This document shows positions 35,222 through 46,447 of a DNA stretch of 64,000 nucleotides, one piece after another. The translations under genes were made by a program, and so were the position numbers. Where the stretch lies: NCBI GenBank assembly GCA_045544995.1, contig JAZQAE010000119.1, positions 1,857 through 65,856 of the forward strand, given 5' to 3'. The DNA comes from Eubacteriales bacterium. GTDB taxonomy: Bacteria > Bacillota > Clostridia > Oscillospirales > QAKW01. Position 1 is the first letter of the stretch. The number at the start of each line of letters is the position of its first letter. The notes beneath the pieces are model-generated. The model was not told the origin of the DNA, ran no database searches, and worked only from the letters and a program-made list of their open reading frames with translations.

Positions 35222-35893
35222 ATGGAAATCAAAGATATTCTAAGAAAAGTAGATCATACGTTATTGAAGCCGGAGTCCACCTGGCAAGGGATCAAAGAGA
35301 TTATCGACGACGGCATCCGCTATGAGACCGCCTCGGTCTGTATTCCGGCGTCCTTTGTGAAGGATGCGGCGGAGTATGCCAAGGGAAAAGTGGCGATCTG
35401 CACGGTAATTGGATTTCCTTGCGGTTATTCCACCACCGCCGCCAAGTGCTTCGAGGCAGAGGATGCCGTCCGTAACGGTGCCGACGAAGTGGATATGGTC
35501 ATCAACATTGGCTGGGCAAAGGAACAGAAATGGGATGCCCTTTTGGCGGAGATCAAGGCGGTGAAGCAAGCCTGCCACGGCAAACTTTTGAAGGTCATCA
35601 TTGAAACCTGCCTTTTGAGTGAGGAAGAAAAGATCAAAATGTGTGAGATCGTCAGCGCCTCCGGGGCAGACTTCATTAAAACGTCCACCGGTTTTTCCAC
35701 CGGCGGTGCCACCCGGGAGGATATTGCCCTCTTTGCGAAAAACGTGAAAGGCATTAAGATCAAAGCCGCCGGCGGGATCCGTTCTCTGCAGGATGCGGAG
35801 GATATGATCGATCTGGGCGCAGAACGGTTGGGAACCAGCGCCATTGTAAAACTCATTAAGGAGGATAAAAGCAATGTCAACACCGCATATTGA
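35222..35893 (+). CDS. deoC: deoxyribose-phosphate aldolase
   Basis: DHTLLKP and FIKTSTGF (Schiff-base lysine). Confidence 0.93.
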   Translation: MEIKDILRKVDHTLLKPESTWQGIKEIIDDGIRYETASVCIPASFVKDAAEYAKGKVAICTVIGFPCGYSTTAAKCFEAEDAVRNGADEVDMVINIGWAKEQKWDALLAEIKAVKQACHGKLLKVIIETCLLSEEEKIKMCEIVSASGADFIKTSTGFSTGGATREDIALFAKNVKGIKIKAAGGIRSLQDAEDMIDLGAERLGTSAIVKLIKEDKSNVNTAY

Positions 35894-36578
35894 TGCTAAA
35901 GTAGGCGATTTTGCCAAAACGGTCCTTATGCCCGGCGATCCTTTACGGGCAAAGTTTATTGCAGAGCATTATCTGAAAAATGCTGAACTGGTCAATAACG
36001 TCCGGGGAATTCAAGGCTATACCGGCACCTATAAAGGAGAAAAGGTCTCGGTGATGGCCAGCGGCATGGGAATGCCCTCCATGGGGATCTATAGCTATGA
36101 ATTGTTCAATTTCTTTGAGGTGGATCGGATCCTGCGGATCGGTTCTGCCGGCTCCATTCGGGAGGACGTGAAGCTGCGGGAGCTGGTGCTTGGTGCCGGT
36201 GCTTGTACCAATTCGGATTATGCCAAGCAGTATCATCTGCGGGGAACCTATGCCCCCATCGCTGATTTCGCGCTTTTGCGTACCGCTGCAGAGGAAGCGG
36301 AAAAACTGGGGTTGACTTATCACGTGGGTAATCTTCTTTCCTCCGATACCTTCTATGATGCGGGGGAGGATACCCTTTCCTGGAACAAACTGGGTGTCAT
36401 GGCGGTGGAAATGGAGGCGGCGGCCCTCTATATGAATGCGGCCTATGCAAAGAAACAAGCGTTGGCCATCTGTACGATTTCCGATTCCATTGTTACCGGC
36501 GAGGCGACCTCTGCTGCGGAACGGCAGAACACCTTCACCGATATGATGGAACTGGCTTTGAATGTGGCGATAAAATGA
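35874..36578 (+). CDS. deoD: purine nucleoside phosphorylase, DeoD type
   Basis: [24 protein letters not shown] and [10 protein letters not shown]. Confidence 0.93.
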   Translation: MSTPHIDAKVGDFAKTVLMPGDPLRAKFIAEHYLKNAELVNNVRGIQGYTGTYKGEKVSVMASGMGMPSMGIYSYELFNFFEVDRILRIGSAGSIREDVKLRELVLGAGACTNSDYAKQYHLRGTYAPIADFALLRTAAEEAEKLGLTYHVGNLLSSDTFYDAGEDTLSWNKLGVMAVEMEAAALYMNAAYAKKQALAICTISDSIVTGEATSAAERQNTFTDMMELALNVAIK

Positions 36579-37711
36579 GAGTATTTTTAATTGTTTTAGA
36601 CAGTGTGGGTGCCGGAGCGTTGCCGGATGCAAAGGAGTTTGGAGATGCGAGCGCCCATACCATAAAGAGTATTTCCAAAAGTCCTCGGTTTGCCATCCCC
36701 AATCTTTTGAAATTGGGGCTTGGCAATATTGAGGGGTTGGAGTTTTTAGGGACGGCATCGGCGCCCCTGGCTTCTTATGGCCGTGCCAAGGAGGCCTCCC
36801 GGGGAAAGGACACCACCGTGGGGCATTGGGAACTGGCCGGTGTGGTATCGGCAAAGCCGTTGCCTACTTTTCCGGATGGCTTCCCTGAAGACCTTTTGAA
36901 AAAGTTTACAGAAGTGACCGGTCGGGGCGTCCTTTGTAATCTGCCTTATTCCGGGACAGAAGTCATCAAGGATTATGGCGAGGAGTCGGTCAAGACCGGA
37001 AAGGTCATCGTCTATACCTCGGCGGACAGCGTTTTTCAGATTGCCGCCCATGAGGAAGTGGTTCCCTTGGAAGAACTTTATGAGATCTGCCGGAAAGCCC
37101 GGAAGCTTCTGGTGGGAGACTGGGGTGTTGGTCGGGTTATTGCACGTCCCTTCATCGGGGAGCCGGGGCAGTATACCCGGACGGCGAACCGTCGGGATTT
37201 TTCCTTGGAACCTACCGGCAAGACGGTGCTGGATGCGTTGACCGAAGCCGGAATTACCACCATTTCGGTGGGAAAGATCGCAGATATTTTTGCCGGACGG
37301 GGGATCGCCCGTTCCATTCCTACCCATGGAAATGAAGAGGGAATGGCGGTGACCTTGAAGCTGGCAGAGGAAGAGTTTGAGGGATTGGCTTTTGTCAACC
37401 TGGTGGACTTTGATATGCTTTACGGTCATCGGCAGGATCGGGACGGGTATGCGGCGGCACTTTCCGCCTTTGATGCCTGGCTGCCCGGATTTATGGCAAA
37501 ACTTAAAGCCGAGGATCGGCTGATCATTACCGCCGACCATGGATGTGATCCGGCGGATGAGAGCACCGACCATACCCGGGAATATATCCCCATTTTGATC
37601 TACGGAGAGGAACCGCAAAACCTTGGAACAAGGGAGAGCTTCTGCGACGTAGGCAAGACGGTGGCAGGATGGTTCGGCGTAGATTTAGACCAAGGAGAGG
37701 CGATGCTATGA
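36575..37711 (+). CDS. deoB: phosphopentomutase
   Basis: VLDSVGAG, GKDTTVGHWE and ITADHGCDP. Confidence 0.93.
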   Translation: MRVFLIVLDSVGAGALPDAKEFGDASAHTIKSISKSPRFAIPNLLKLGLGNIEGLEFLGTASAPLASYGRAKEASRGKDTTVGHWELAGVVSAKPLPTFPDGFPEDLLKKFTEVTGRGVLCNLPYSGTEVIKDYGEESVKTGKVIVYTSADSVFQIAAHEEVVPLEELYEICRKARKLLVGDWGVGRVIARPFIGEPGQYTRTANRRDFSLEPTGKTVLDALTEAGITTISVGKIADIFAGRGIARSIPTHGNEEGMAVTLKLAEEEFEGLAFVNLVDFDMLYGHRQDRDGYAAALSAFDAWLPGFMAKLKAEDRLIITADHGCDPADESTDHTREYIPILIYGEEPQNLGTRESFCDVGKTVAGWFGVDLDQGEAML

Positions 37712-38100
37712 GAAGTTTATTAGATCGGGCTTTAGAGGCCAGAGCCCATGCCTATGCGCCCTATTCCGGCTATCGGGTCGGTGCGGCGCTTTTGGCAGAG
37801 GATGGACAGATCTTTACCGGCAGTAACGTAGAGAACGCCTCCTACGGGGCGACCCTTTGCGCTGAGCGCAACGCTTTTTCCGCCGCCGTTCATGCCGGGG
37901 CACGCAACTTTAAGGCAATCGCCATCGCCGGCGGAAAAGGCGAGACGGCGGATGCCGTAGTGTCGCCCTGCGGGATTTGCCGGCAGGTGATGGCGGAGTT
38001 TTGTACCGCTGATTTTAAGATCATTTTGGGAAATGAAGAGACACTGACGGAATATACCTTGGAGCAGTTGCTTCCTTTGAGTTTCCGTCTGGAGGATTGA
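37708..38100 (+). CDS. cdd: cytidine deaminase
   Basis: CAERNA and PCGICRQ zinc motifs. ATGA overlap with deoB. Confidence 0.9.
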   Translation: MRSLLDRALEARAHAYAPYSGYRVGAALLAEDGQIFTGSNVENASYGATLCAERNAFSAAVHAGARNFKAIAIAGGKGETADAVVSPCGICRQVMAEFCTADFKIILGNEETLTEYTLEQLLPLSFRLED

Positions 38101-38102
38101 GG

Positions 38103-39407
38103 ATGCGAGCAGTCGATCTGATTGAAAAAAAGAAGCGGGGCGAAGCGCTGAGCGAACGCGAACTTCGTTTTCTGATAGAAGGCTATACCAAGGGGGAACT
38201 TCCCGATTATCAACTGTCTGCTTTTGCTATGGCGGTGTGTTTTCAGGGGATGACCCATGAGGAGACAGCCTCTTTGACCCTGGCGATGGCGGAGAGCGGA
38301 GATCAGGTGGATCTTTCTTCTCTTGGCAGTAAGACGGTGGATAAGCACAGTACCGGCGGAGTGGGGGATAAGACCACCCTCATCGTCACGCCCATTGTGG
38401 CCAGTCTTGGCGGTGTGGTCGCCAAAATGAGCGGACGGGGCTTAGGGCATACCGGGGGAACGGTGGATAAATTGGAGTCCATCCCCGGCTATCGGACGGA
38501 ATTGACGCCGGAAGAATTTATGCATTGCGCCCAAAACTGCGGTCTGGTGGTGGCCGGGCAGAGCGGAAATCTGGCACCGGCAGATAAAAAACTGTACGCC
38601 CTGCGGGACGTGACCGCCACGGTGGATTCCATCCCGTTGATCGCCTCCAGTATTATGAGTAAGAAACTGGCCGCCGGTTCCCGTTCCATCGTACTCGATG
38701 TGAAATGCGGAAGCGGTGCCTTTATGAAGACTCCGGAGGAAGCCTCCCGTCTGGCGGAGGAGATGGTGGCCATCGGTACCGCCTGCGGACGAAAGGTTTC
38801 GGCGCTGATCACCAATATGGATCTGCCTTTGGGACTGGCCGTGGGGAACGCTTTGGAAGTGGAAGAGGCGTTGGCAGTATTATCGGGAGAAGGCCCGGAG
38901 GATCTCAAAGAGGTTTGCCTTGCCTTGGCATCGGAGATGCTGACCCTCTGCAACGGCTGGACACCGGAAGAGGCGGAGCAACAAGCAAGAGAGGCATTGC
39001 AAAGCGGAAAAGCCATGGCAAAGATGCAGGAATGGATCACCGCCCAAGGGGGCGATCTTTCTGCCTTTTTGGAAGGACGAAAAAAAGCAGTCGCTTCCTA
39101 TGAAGTTCTTTCACCGGAAGAGGGATATCTCGTTCAGATGGATGCGGAGAAGATCGGACTTTCCGCCATGCTTCTCGGCGCCGGTCGGGCAACCAAAGAA
39201 GACCAAATCGACTTTGATGCCGGCTTGAAAATTTTGAAAAAGACCGGTGACCGGATCGAAAAAGGGGAGCCTGTGGCGATCCTGTATACCGCAACCGATC
39301 GGGATTTTGAGACGGCGGCTAAGTGCTATCTTTCTGCATTAAAGATCGGGCAGGAAAAGCCCATGGCGCAACCGTTGGTTTACCGTCGGATCGGAGGCAA
39401 TCGATGA
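38103..39407 (+). CDS. pdp: pyrimidine-nucleoside phosphorylase
   Basis: DKHSTGGVGDK and SGRGLGHTGGT. Confidence 0.93.
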   Translation: MRAVDLIEKKKRGEALSERELRFLIEGYTKGELPDYQLSAFAMAVCFQGMTHEETASLTLAMAESGDQVDLSSLGSKTVDKHSTGGVGDKTTLIVTPIVASLGGVVAKMSGRGLGHTGGTVDKLESIPGYRTELTPEEFMHCAQNCGLVVAGQSGNLAPADKKLYALRDVTATVDSIPLIASSIMSKKLAAGSRSIVLDVKCGSGAFMKTPEEASRLAEEMVAIGTACGRKVSALITNMDLPLGLAVGNALEVEEALAVLSGEGPEDLKEVCLALASEMLTLCNGWTPEEAEQQAREALQSGKAMAKMQEWITAQGGDLSAFLEGRKKAVASYEVLSPEEGYLVQMDAEKIGLSAMLLGAGRATKEDQIDFDAGLKILKKTGDRIEKGEPVAILYTATDRDFETAAKCYLSALKIGQEKPMAQPLVYRRIGGNR

Positions 39408-40216
39408 CTCTTTGTTGCCCTGTCTGCGGAGAACCGTTGCAAAAAGAGGAACGGCGGTACCTTTGCCCGAAGGGTCATTCCTTTGACCGGGCAAAGCAGG
39501 GGTACGTCAATCTCCTGCAAAGTCAACGGTCTTCGGATCGAAACCACGGCGATGACCGAGAGATGGTCACCGCCCGCCGGGAGTTTTTGGAGAAGGGATA
39601 TTATGCCCCTTTGCGGGATCTTCTGACGGAGAAAGTTTGCGCTTATACCTCAAAAAACGGCGTCGTTGCCGATGCCGGATGCGGAGAAGGCTGGTATACC
39701 GAGGGGGTCGCCCTCAGCCTGCCGGAAGCCACCGTCATTGGCTTTGATATTTCTAAAGAAGCCCTCAAATGGGCGGCAAAACGGCAGGGAATGGATCATC
39801 TGGCGGTGGCCAGTTGCTATCGGATGCCCTTGGAAGAGGAAAGTGTGGATGCGCTCCTCAACTTCTTTTCTCCCCTGGCGGCAGAGGAGTATGCAAGGGT
39901 CTTAAAATCCGGCGGACACCTTTTTCGGGCGGTACCGGGAACCCATCATTTATGGGAGCTGAAATCGGCGGTGTACGAGACGCCGAAGCCCAATCTTCCG
40001 GAGCCGGAAACCCTGCCGGGGCTGACCCTTTTGGAGCGTTGCCCCATCCAAAATGAAATTCACTTGGAGTCCAATGAGGAATTGCAAGCCCTCTTTAAAA
40101 TGACCCCCTATTACTATCGTACCTCACCCGGGGATAAGGCAAAATTAGCGCACTACCCCACCTTTACCACCCGGACAGAATTTACATTATTGATCTATAA
40201 AAAAGACGAACGGTGA
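39404..40216 (+). CDS. 23S rRNA (guanine-N1)-methyltransferase RlmA-like
   Basis: N-terminal zinc ribbon CPVCGEPL...YLCPKGHSFD..KQGYVNLL plus the SAM motif DAGCGEGWY. Confidence 0.85.
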   Translation: MTLCCPVCGEPLQKEERRYLCPKGHSFDRAKQGYVNLLQSQRSSDRNHGDDREMVTARREFLEKGYYAPLRDLLTEKVCAYTSKNGVVADAGCGEGWYTEGVALSLPEATVIGFDISKEALKWAAKRQGMDHLAVASCYRMPLEEESVDALLNFFSPLAAEEYARVLKSGGHLFRAVPGTHHLWELKSAVYETPKPNLPEPETLPGLTLLERCPIQNEIHLESNEELQALFKMTPYYYRTSPGDKAKLAHYPTFTTRTEFTLLIYKKDER

Positions 40217-40234
40217 TCAACCGTTCGTCTTTTC

Positions 40235-40870
40235 TTATAAAATATCCAATAATTCCAGAGGTTTTCGGATGACAAAGTCGGCGGTTTTGACCTGCTCTTC
40301 GCCGCCGAGGCCCCAGGTGCAACCCACGGAGCGGACACCGGCATTTTTTGCCACGTCCACGTCGAAGTGCATATCCCCCACGTAGAGACATTCCTCTTTT
40401 TCCACCCCGTTTTCCTCGAGGATCTGGTGGAGGGCGGTGGGGTCCGGCTTCATGGGGATGCCCTCTCGCTGACCGTAGACTTCATCCAAAAGTCCCGGGA
40501 GCTTTTTACCACAGATCAAAAGGGTCTGAGCATGGGGGCGGTTGGAGAGCACCACCCGGCGAATGCCTTTTTCACCTAAGGTACGGAGCATCTCTTCGAT
40601 GCCCTCATAGAGATCCACCAAGGGGGAGGGGTCTTCATCGTAGAGACTGCTGTAGTAGGCATTGATCTCTTCAATATCGACCGAGAGACCGCATTCGCCC
40701 ATGACCCCTTTCAAAAGATTTTTGGCTCCATGCCCCACGTGGCAGAGGATCCGCTCCGCCGGAAGAGGGTCTTTGCCGTAATGGGCGATGGTTTTATTCA
40801 CAATGGCCGGAATCATCCGGGTGGTATCGGTGAGGGTACCGTCCATATCAAAAGCGATCAGTTTAATCAT
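40235..40870 (-). CDS. HAD-family hydrolase (phosphoglycolate phosphatase-like)
   Basis: MIKLIAFDMDGTLTDT (DxDG motif I) and VGDMHFDV motif. The longer tracked ORF extension lacks an RBS. Confidence 0.85.
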   Translation of the reverse strand: MIKLIAFDMDGTLTDTTRMIPAIVNKTIAHYGKDPLPAERILCHVGHGAKNLLKGVMGECGLSVDIEEINAYYSSLYDEDPSPLVDLYEGIEEMLRTLGEKGIRRVVLSNRPHAQTLLICGKKLPGLLDEVYGQREGIPMKPDPTALHQILEENGVEKEECLYVGDMHFDVDVAKNAGVRSVGCTWGLGGEEQVKTADFVIRKPLELLDIL

Positions 40871-40981
40871 ATTGCGACTTCCTTTTTGATTTTTCCTCAT
40901 TCTATCATAAAGAGGGGTGGAATTCAAGGGGAATGTGTGGTATACTGAATTTATAAAGACAAGAGAAAGGAGGCGTTGCCC

Positions 40982-42784
40982 ATGGAGTTCCCCAAAAAAG
41001 TAACCGATAAGCTGGCGGTACTGACCGCCCGTCCCGGCGTCTATTTGATGAAAGACCGGGAGGGGACGATCATTTACGTGGGCAAGGCCAAAAATCTCAA
41101 AAATCGGGTGTCCACCTATTTCACCGGCATCAAAAGCCATACCGCCAAGGTGATGGCCATGGTGGAAAAGGTGGCGGATTTTGATTATATCTGCGTCAAT
41201 TCCGAGATGGAAGCCTTGATTTTGGAAAACGTCCTCATCAAGGAGCACAGCCCGAAATATAATATCCTTTTAAAGGATGATAAAACCTATCCTTACGTGG
41301 CAATTGATCTGCGGGAGGCATACCCTCGGTTAAAGGTCCTGCGTCAGGAAAGCCAGGAGGGAAAGCGTCTTTTCGGCCCCTTTCCTCAAAACGGAGCGGC
41401 GGCGGAGATCGTCCGTACTGCCAACGATCTGTTTGGTCTTGCCACCTGTAACCGGCAGTTTCCCCGGGATTTTCGTAAAGGGCGCCCTTGCCTGCGGCAC
41501 CATATTGGGTGTTGCGTCGGGGTCTGTACCGGAAAGGTAACGAAGGAGCAGTACCGGGAACGGCTGGAGGAGGCCATGGACTTCCTTAAAGGGGACTATA
41601 AAGCCTTGGTGGCGGAATTGACCCGGAAGATGCAACAGGCGGCCGAGGACTTGCAGTTTGAAAAAGCCGCTTCTCTTCGGGATCGCATCCGCAAGATCGA
41701 GAAATTAGGGCAAAGCCAGATCATCACCGGCAAAGAGGACTTGGATCGGGACGTTTTGGACGCCGTTCGTCTGGGCGATCTTTTGGCGGTGGGGGTATTG
41801 GTCATTCGGGGCGGAAGGATCCTCATGCAGGACACCGCTTTGATTCGGGACAGTCTGGAAGAAAACTGGGTAGGCCCCTTCCTCCAACGCTATTATCAGC
41901 AAAAGGAGCAGTTACCCAAAGAACTGTTACTGCCCCATCCGCCGGAGGACGAAGAACTCTTAAAAGAATATCTTTCCGATCTCAGAGGGGGAGCGGTGCA
42001 GTTCCGTTATCCTCAGCGAGGGAAGGGAACGGAGCTTTTGGCGCTCTGCCGTAAAAACGCCACGGAGAAACTGGCGGAACGGGAGGCGGCAGGAGATCGC
42101 ACCCGGAAGATGGCGATCCTTATCGCCGAGGTTCTGGGGCTTTCCGAACCGCCTCGACGGATCGAGATGTATGATATTTCCAATTTTGGCGCCGAGTCGA
42201 TGGTGGGTGGTATGATCGTCTGGGAAGAGGGGCGGTTCAAGCGGAGTGCCTATCGAAAATTTGAAATTCGTGAACAGCTTCTTCAGGATGACTACGCCGC
42301 CACACGGCAGATGCTGGAACGCCGGCTGTCCCATTTGGAGGAGGAAGAGTTTGGCGGAAAGCCGGATCTCATCCTGATGGACGGCGGATTGCAACACATT
42401 CAGGCGGTGTTGGATCTCTGCGGATCCATTCCGGTCTTTGGCCTGGTCAAGGATCGCCGTCACCGGACCCGGGGATTGGTCTCTCCCAACGGGGGAGAGC
42501 TGGATCTTCGCACCGATCCGGCGCTTTACGGCTTTTTTGCCTCTTTGCAAGAGGAGGTGCACCGCTACGCCATCACCTATATGAAAAAGAAGCATACCAA
42601 AAAGATGACCCGTTCCCCCTTGCTGGATCTGCCCGGCATGGGCGAGGCACGGTTCAAGAAATTCAAAAAAGCCTATCCCAAAGGCATCGGCGAGGACACC
42701 TGGGAGGAGATCCGGCAAAAGGCCGGTCTGCCGGAGAGCGTGGCGCAAGCGGTGTGGGAGTACTATAAAGGAGAAAATCTATGA
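40982..42784 (+). CDS. uvrC: excinuclease ABC subunit C
   Basis: GIY-YIG motifs (GVYLMKD...IIYVGKAKNL), UVR domain and C-terminal HhH. Confidence 0.97.
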   Translation: MEFPKKVTDKLAVLTARPGVYLMKDREGTIIYVGKAKNLKNRVSTYFTGIKSHTAKVMAMVEKVADFDYICVNSEMEALILENVLIKEHSPKYNILLKDDKTYPYVAIDLREAYPRLKVLRQESQEGKRLFGPFPQNGAAAEIVRTANDLFGLATCNRQFPRDFRKGRPCLRHHIGCCVGVCTGKVTKEQYRERLEEAMDFLKGDYKALVAELTRKMQQAAEDLQFEKAASLRDRIRKIEKLGQSQIITGKEDLDRDVLDAVRLGDLLAVGVLVIRGGRILMQDTALIRDSLEENWVGPFLQRYYQQKEQLPKELLLPHPPEDEELLKEYLSDLRGGAVQFRYPQRGKGTELLALCRKNATEKLAEREAAGDRTRKMAILIAEVLGLSEPPRRIEMYDISNFGAESMVGGMIVWEEGRFKRSAYRKFEIREQLLQDDYAATRQMLERRLSHLEEEEFGGKPDLILMDGGLQHIQAVLDLCGSIPVFGLVKDRRHRTRGLVSPNGGELDLRTDPALYGFFASLQEEVHRYAITYMKKKHTKKMTRSPLLDLPGMGEARFKKFKKAYPKGIGEDTWEEIRQKAGLPESVAQAVWEYYKGENL

Positions 42785-43332
42785 TGCGGATCATCGCCGG
42801 CACCCGGCGTGGTAAAAAACTAGAAACATTGGAGGGAGAACACACCCGTCCGACATTGGAACGGCTGAAGCAGGCTCTTTTTTCCGCCATTCAGTTTGAA
42901 TTGGCCGACCGCTACGTACTGGATCTTTTTGCAGGGAGCGGTCAGTTGGGGCTGGAAGCCCTCTCCAGAGGAGCGTCTTTCTGCTGGTTCAACGATGGGA
43001 GCAACGCTGCTTTGGCGGTGGTGCATCGGAATATAAAATCCTGTAATTTCGAAAAAGAATCAAAAGAAACTTGCATCGACTATAAGATGTGTGTTAAAAT
43101 GATAGAAAGAGAGCAAAAACGCCCGGATCTGATCTTTTTAGACCCCCCTTACGGCAAGGGAATGGCGGAGGATGCTCTTTTGGCGCTGGAACCCCTTTTG
43201 CCCCAAGGCGCTTTGGTGGCGGTGGAGACCGGCGCAGAGGAGACCTTTTCTTTCGGCGGTCTTTCCCTTCGGAAAGAGTACCGGCAGGGAACGGTGAAGA
43301 TTACCCTTTTGGAAAAGAGGAATGAAGCATGA
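42781..43332 (+). CDS. rsmD: 16S rRNA (guanine966-N2)-methyltransferase
   Basis: RIIAG..RG..L....TRPT..R.K.ALF, DLFAGSG and DPPY. Confidence 0.9.
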   Translation: MMRIIAGTRRGKKLETLEGEHTRPTLERLKQALFSAIQFELADRYVLDLFAGSGQLGLEALSRGASFCWFNDGSNAALAVVHRNIKSCNFEKESKETCIDYKMCVKMIEREQKRPDLIFLDPPYGKGMAEDALLALEPLLPQGALVAVETGAEETFSFGGLSLRKEYRQGTVKITLLEKRNEA

Positions 43333-43820
43333 AGATCGCAATTTGCCCCGGATCCTTTGATCCGGTGACCTTGGGACATCTGGATATTATCTCCCGGTCG
43401 GCGAAGTTATTTGATAAGGTCTACGTGGCGGTGCTGGTAAACAGCACCAAAAGACCGATGTTTACGGTGGAGGAACGGATCGAGCTCTTGGAGCGTTGCC
43501 TGACTGATCTGCCCAACGTGGAAGTCATCACCTTTGCAGGCCTTTTGGTGGACTGCGCCCGGGAGTACGAAGCGGTGGCCATCGTTAAGGGTCTCAGAGC
43601 CGTGACGGACTTTGAATATGAGTTCCAGATGGCGCTCATCAATAAGAAACTCAATCGGGACGTGGAAACGCTGTTCCTCAATACCAATGCTAAATTTATG
43701 TATCTTTCTTCCAGCATCGTCAAGGAAGTGGCCAAAAACGGCGGGGATATTACCGATTTTGTCCATCCGGCGGTGGCGGAAGATATTAAAAAAAGATTTT
43801 TAAAGGAGATTGAAGGATGA
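43329..43820 (+). CDS. coaD: phosphopantetheine adenylyltransferase
   Basis: [16 protein letters not shown] (HxGH) and ISSSIVKEV. Confidence 0.95.
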   Translation: MKIAICPGSFDPVTLGHLDIISRSAKLFDKVYVAVLVNSTKRPMFTVEERIELLERCLTDLPNVEVITFAGLLVDCAREYEAVAIVKGLRAVTDFEYEFQMALINKKLNRDVETLFLNTNAKFMYLSSSIVKEVAKNGGDITDFVHPAVAEDIKKRFLKEIEG

Positions 43821-44269
43821 AGATCGAAGAAATTCTGGTAGCGATGGAAGACCTTTTGGAGGATGCCTGGAACTTTCCGATGAGCGGTGGTAAGCGGGTT
43901 GTCAATGCCACCGAACTGCAGGAGTTGATCACCGATCTCAGAGCCTCTTTGCCGGAAGAGATCCGTGCCAGTAACGACATTATTGCCCGTCGGGATAAGA
44001 TCATTCTCCAGGGACGGGAAGAAGCAGACCTGACCATTCAGACTGCCCGTGCCAAGGCGGAGAAATTGGTTTCTCAGGAGGCCGTTTATCAAGAAGCGCA
44101 GCACCAGGCACAGGAGATCATCGCTCAGGCGCAGAAGAAGGCCCGGGAGATGAACAATGCCACCGTTGAGTATTGCGATACCATCCTGGCCCGGGCTGCC
44201 GACAGTATGACTAAGAGCAGTCAGGCTTTGGAGGAGACCCGTAAATCCATCCGTAAGCAACAAGCATGA
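43817..44269 (+). CDS. coiled-coil protein of unknown function
   Basis: Translationally coupled to coaD. Gln/Glu/Ala-rich helices. Confidence 0.65.
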   Translation: MKIEEILVAMEDLLEDAWNFPMSGGKRVVNATELQELITDLRASLPEEIRASNDIIARRDKIILQGREEADLTIQTARAKAEKLVSQEAVYQEAQHQAQEIIAQAQKKAREMNNATVEYCDTILARAADSMTKSSQALEETRKSIRKQQA

Positions 44270-44997
44270 GCGGAAAAGAGCGTATCTACGCCCTGGACTG
44301 GATCCGGGGCATCGCCGTATGGGGCATGATCTTGCATCATGCCCTTTTCGCCTTTGAACAGGTGGCGTGGATCTTTGGCTGGGATATGGAGTTCTGGGTG
44401 CTGGACACCTGGGTGTTTTGGGCGTTGCAGGAATTATTTGTGGGCGCCTTTTTGCTGGTGAGCGGAATTTGTACCGCCTTTTCCAGAAACGTATTGCGCC
44501 GGGGGGCGATCATCTCCAGTGCCGCTCTGTTAATTACCTTAGTGACCGGTGTTCTTTTGCCGGCGGTGGGGGTAACGGGGCTTCAGATCTGGTTTGGCGT
44601 TCTGCATATGTTCGGGCTTTCCATGCTTCTTTACGGCCTCTTTACCTGCAAAAAACGCTGGGTTCCTGTTGCGACGGGGGCAGTGCTGTTTTGCCTCTAT
44701 CTGGCCATCGTTACCTGCCGTGGAATGGACTGGGTCAACTGGCCTCTGACGATCCTCGGATTTCCGTTCGAGGGGTTTTATTCGGCGGATTATTATCCCA
44801 TCTTTCCGTATTTCTTTCTCTTTTTGGCCGGAACCTTTTTGGGTCCCTTGGTCAAAGAGCATCGGTTCCCGGCGTGGTTTTATACCGCCCGGTTTAAGCC
44901 GGCTGAATGGACGGGACGCCACTCTCTGTGGGTCTATCTTTTGCATCAGCCCCTGTTGTTTGGCTTGATCGCCGCCGGATTTTATTTATTTGGATAA
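44266..44997 (+). CDS. DUF1624-like membrane acyltransferase-family protein
   Basis: RIYALDWIRGIAVWGMILHH N-terminus. Multi-TM. Confidence 0.7.
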   Translation: MSGKERIYALDWIRGIAVWGMILHHALFAFEQVAWIFGWDMEFWVLDTWVFWALQELFVGAFLLVSGICTAFSRNVLRRGAIISSAALLITLVTGVLLPAVGVTGLQIWFGVLHMFGLSMLLYGLFTCKKRWVPVATGAVLFCLYLAIVTCRGMDWVNWPLTILGFPFEGFYSADYYPIFPYFFLFLAGTFLGPLVKEHRFPAWFYTARFKPAEWTGRHSLWVYLLHQPLLFGLIAAGFYLFG

Positions 44998-45002
44998 AAA
45001 GA

Positions 45003-45029
45003 AAAGGCACCCAACGGGTGCCTTTTTTT
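45003..45029. terminator. bidirectional terminator
   Basis: aaaaggcaccc aac gggtgcctttt. Confidence 0.8.
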
Positions 45030-45034
45030 ATTGG

Positions 45035-45550
45035 TTAGTTTTCGCTTCGGATCAGTCCGTACTGACCGTCCTTCCGGCGGTAGACCACGCTGACCTTTTC
45101 GGTCTCGCTGTCTAAGAACATAAAGAAGTTATGATCCAAAAGGTTCATCTGCATGATGGCTTCCGTGAGATCCATCGGACGGAGAAAGACTTCCTTGGTG
45201 CGGACCAGATGAAAGTCCTCTTCACCCTCTTCCCAAGGCTCGAAGCCCGGATCCTCAGCATAGAGCGTTTTGGAAAGGCGGGTCTTATTCTTTCGTACCT
45301 GGCGGATCAAGAGGTCGATGATCTCGTCCAACGCCATCATCTTATCCACGGCGGAGCGTTCACCCCGGAAGATCATGCCGTGATCCTGCACCGTTACTTC
45401 CACGGTGACCTCATCCCGAATCACGGTAAAGGTCAGCGTGGCTTCCGCTTCAGCAGTGAAAAACTTATCCAGCCGGGTCAGTTTTTTCTCTACCAACTGC
45501 TTTTCCTTTTCCGAGAGGGTCAGTTTTTTGGTTACGTAGGTTGTTTTCAT
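45035..45550 (-). CDS. hpf: ribosome hibernation promoting factor (long form)
   Basis: N-terminal sigma-54-modulation/S30AE domain plus a C-terminal dimerisation domain (FFMFLDSETEKVSVVYRRKDGQYGLI). Confidence 0.93.
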   Translation of the reverse strand: MKTTYVTKKLTLSEKEKQLVEKKLTRLDKFFTAEAEATLTFTVIRDEVTVEVTVQDHGMIFRGERSAVDKMMALDEIIDLLIRQVRKNKTRLSKTLYAEDPGFEPWEEGEEDFHLVRTKEVFLRPMDLTEAIMQMNLLDHNFFMFLDSETEKVSVVYRRKDGQYGLIRSEN

Positions 45551-45746
45551 CGAGGTCACTCCTTTAAAATGTGATAGGATTTTTGCTACTTTTATTATAT
45601 CATGGGATTTTTAAAAAATATAGCGGTTATTGCAATTTCTACAAACCGCACAAACTTTCAGAAATTGAGTCATTTCAATTGACTTCGATGGTTGGTTTTG
45701 ATATAATTAAAAGGTAGTTTCGTAGGATACAATGGAGGCAAAAAAC

Positions 45747-46418
45747 ATGGCATTATCGGATTTTCCAAGGGTGTTGACCCATCTTAGAAAAGAGGCGGGA
45801 CTCTCCCAAAAGAAGGCATCGGAGGCTTTGGGGATCTCCCAGGCGCTCCTTTCCCATTATGAAAAGGGAATCCGGGAATGCGGACTTCTTTTTCTGGTTC
45901 GTGCCGCCGATTTTTACGGTGTTTCTGTGGATTATCTGTTGGGGCGTTCTTTGGAGAAAAACGGCTCCGCCATCCTCTTAGAAGAGGTTCCCGACGAGGA
46001 TGCCGCCGGTCAAGGAAATCGGGGTGCCGGAAGTTTACTGCCGATCCTTAATAAAAAGCTCATCTGCAATTCCGTGGCGGTGGTAGAGGATCTTCTGGGT
46101 TCCACCGGAGATAAAGAATTGATCAATAAAGTATCCCTTTATCTGCAGATCAGTGTTTACCAGATGTTTCGCCGGCTGTACGACGGCAACGAAGAAAATC
46201 CTCAGACCTTCTTTGGTGCCGAAAGTGACGTGGCCTTCCTGATGGCGGACGGCACCATGAAAAAACTGGAAGCGGAGATTCAAACCCGGCTGAAAAAAGT
46301 CAAGAAACTGCCGGCGATGGATGAAAATGCCATTCGGGAAAAATACCCGATGTTTGCGACCTCTATTTTTAATCTTCTGCAGAATGCAGAAACCGCCATC
46401 GGCGCACGGAAAAAGTAA
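45747..46418 (+). CDS. XRE-family HTH protein with a C-terminal domain of unknown function
   Basis: LRKEAGLSQKKASEALGISQALLSHYEKG. Confidence 0.75.
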   Translation: MALSDFPRVLTHLRKEAGLSQKKASEALGISQALLSHYEKGIRECGLLFLVRAADFYGVSVDYLLGRSLEKNGSAILLEEVPDEDAAGQGNRGAGSLLPILNKKLICNSVAVVEDLLGSTGDKELINKVSLYLQISVYQMFRRLYDGNEENPQTFFGAESDVAFLMADGTMKKLEAEIQTRLKKVKKLPAMDENAIREKYPMFATSIFNLLQNAETAIGARKK

Positions 46419-46447
46419 AGAAATTAAAAAATGGCTTGAGCTAATGC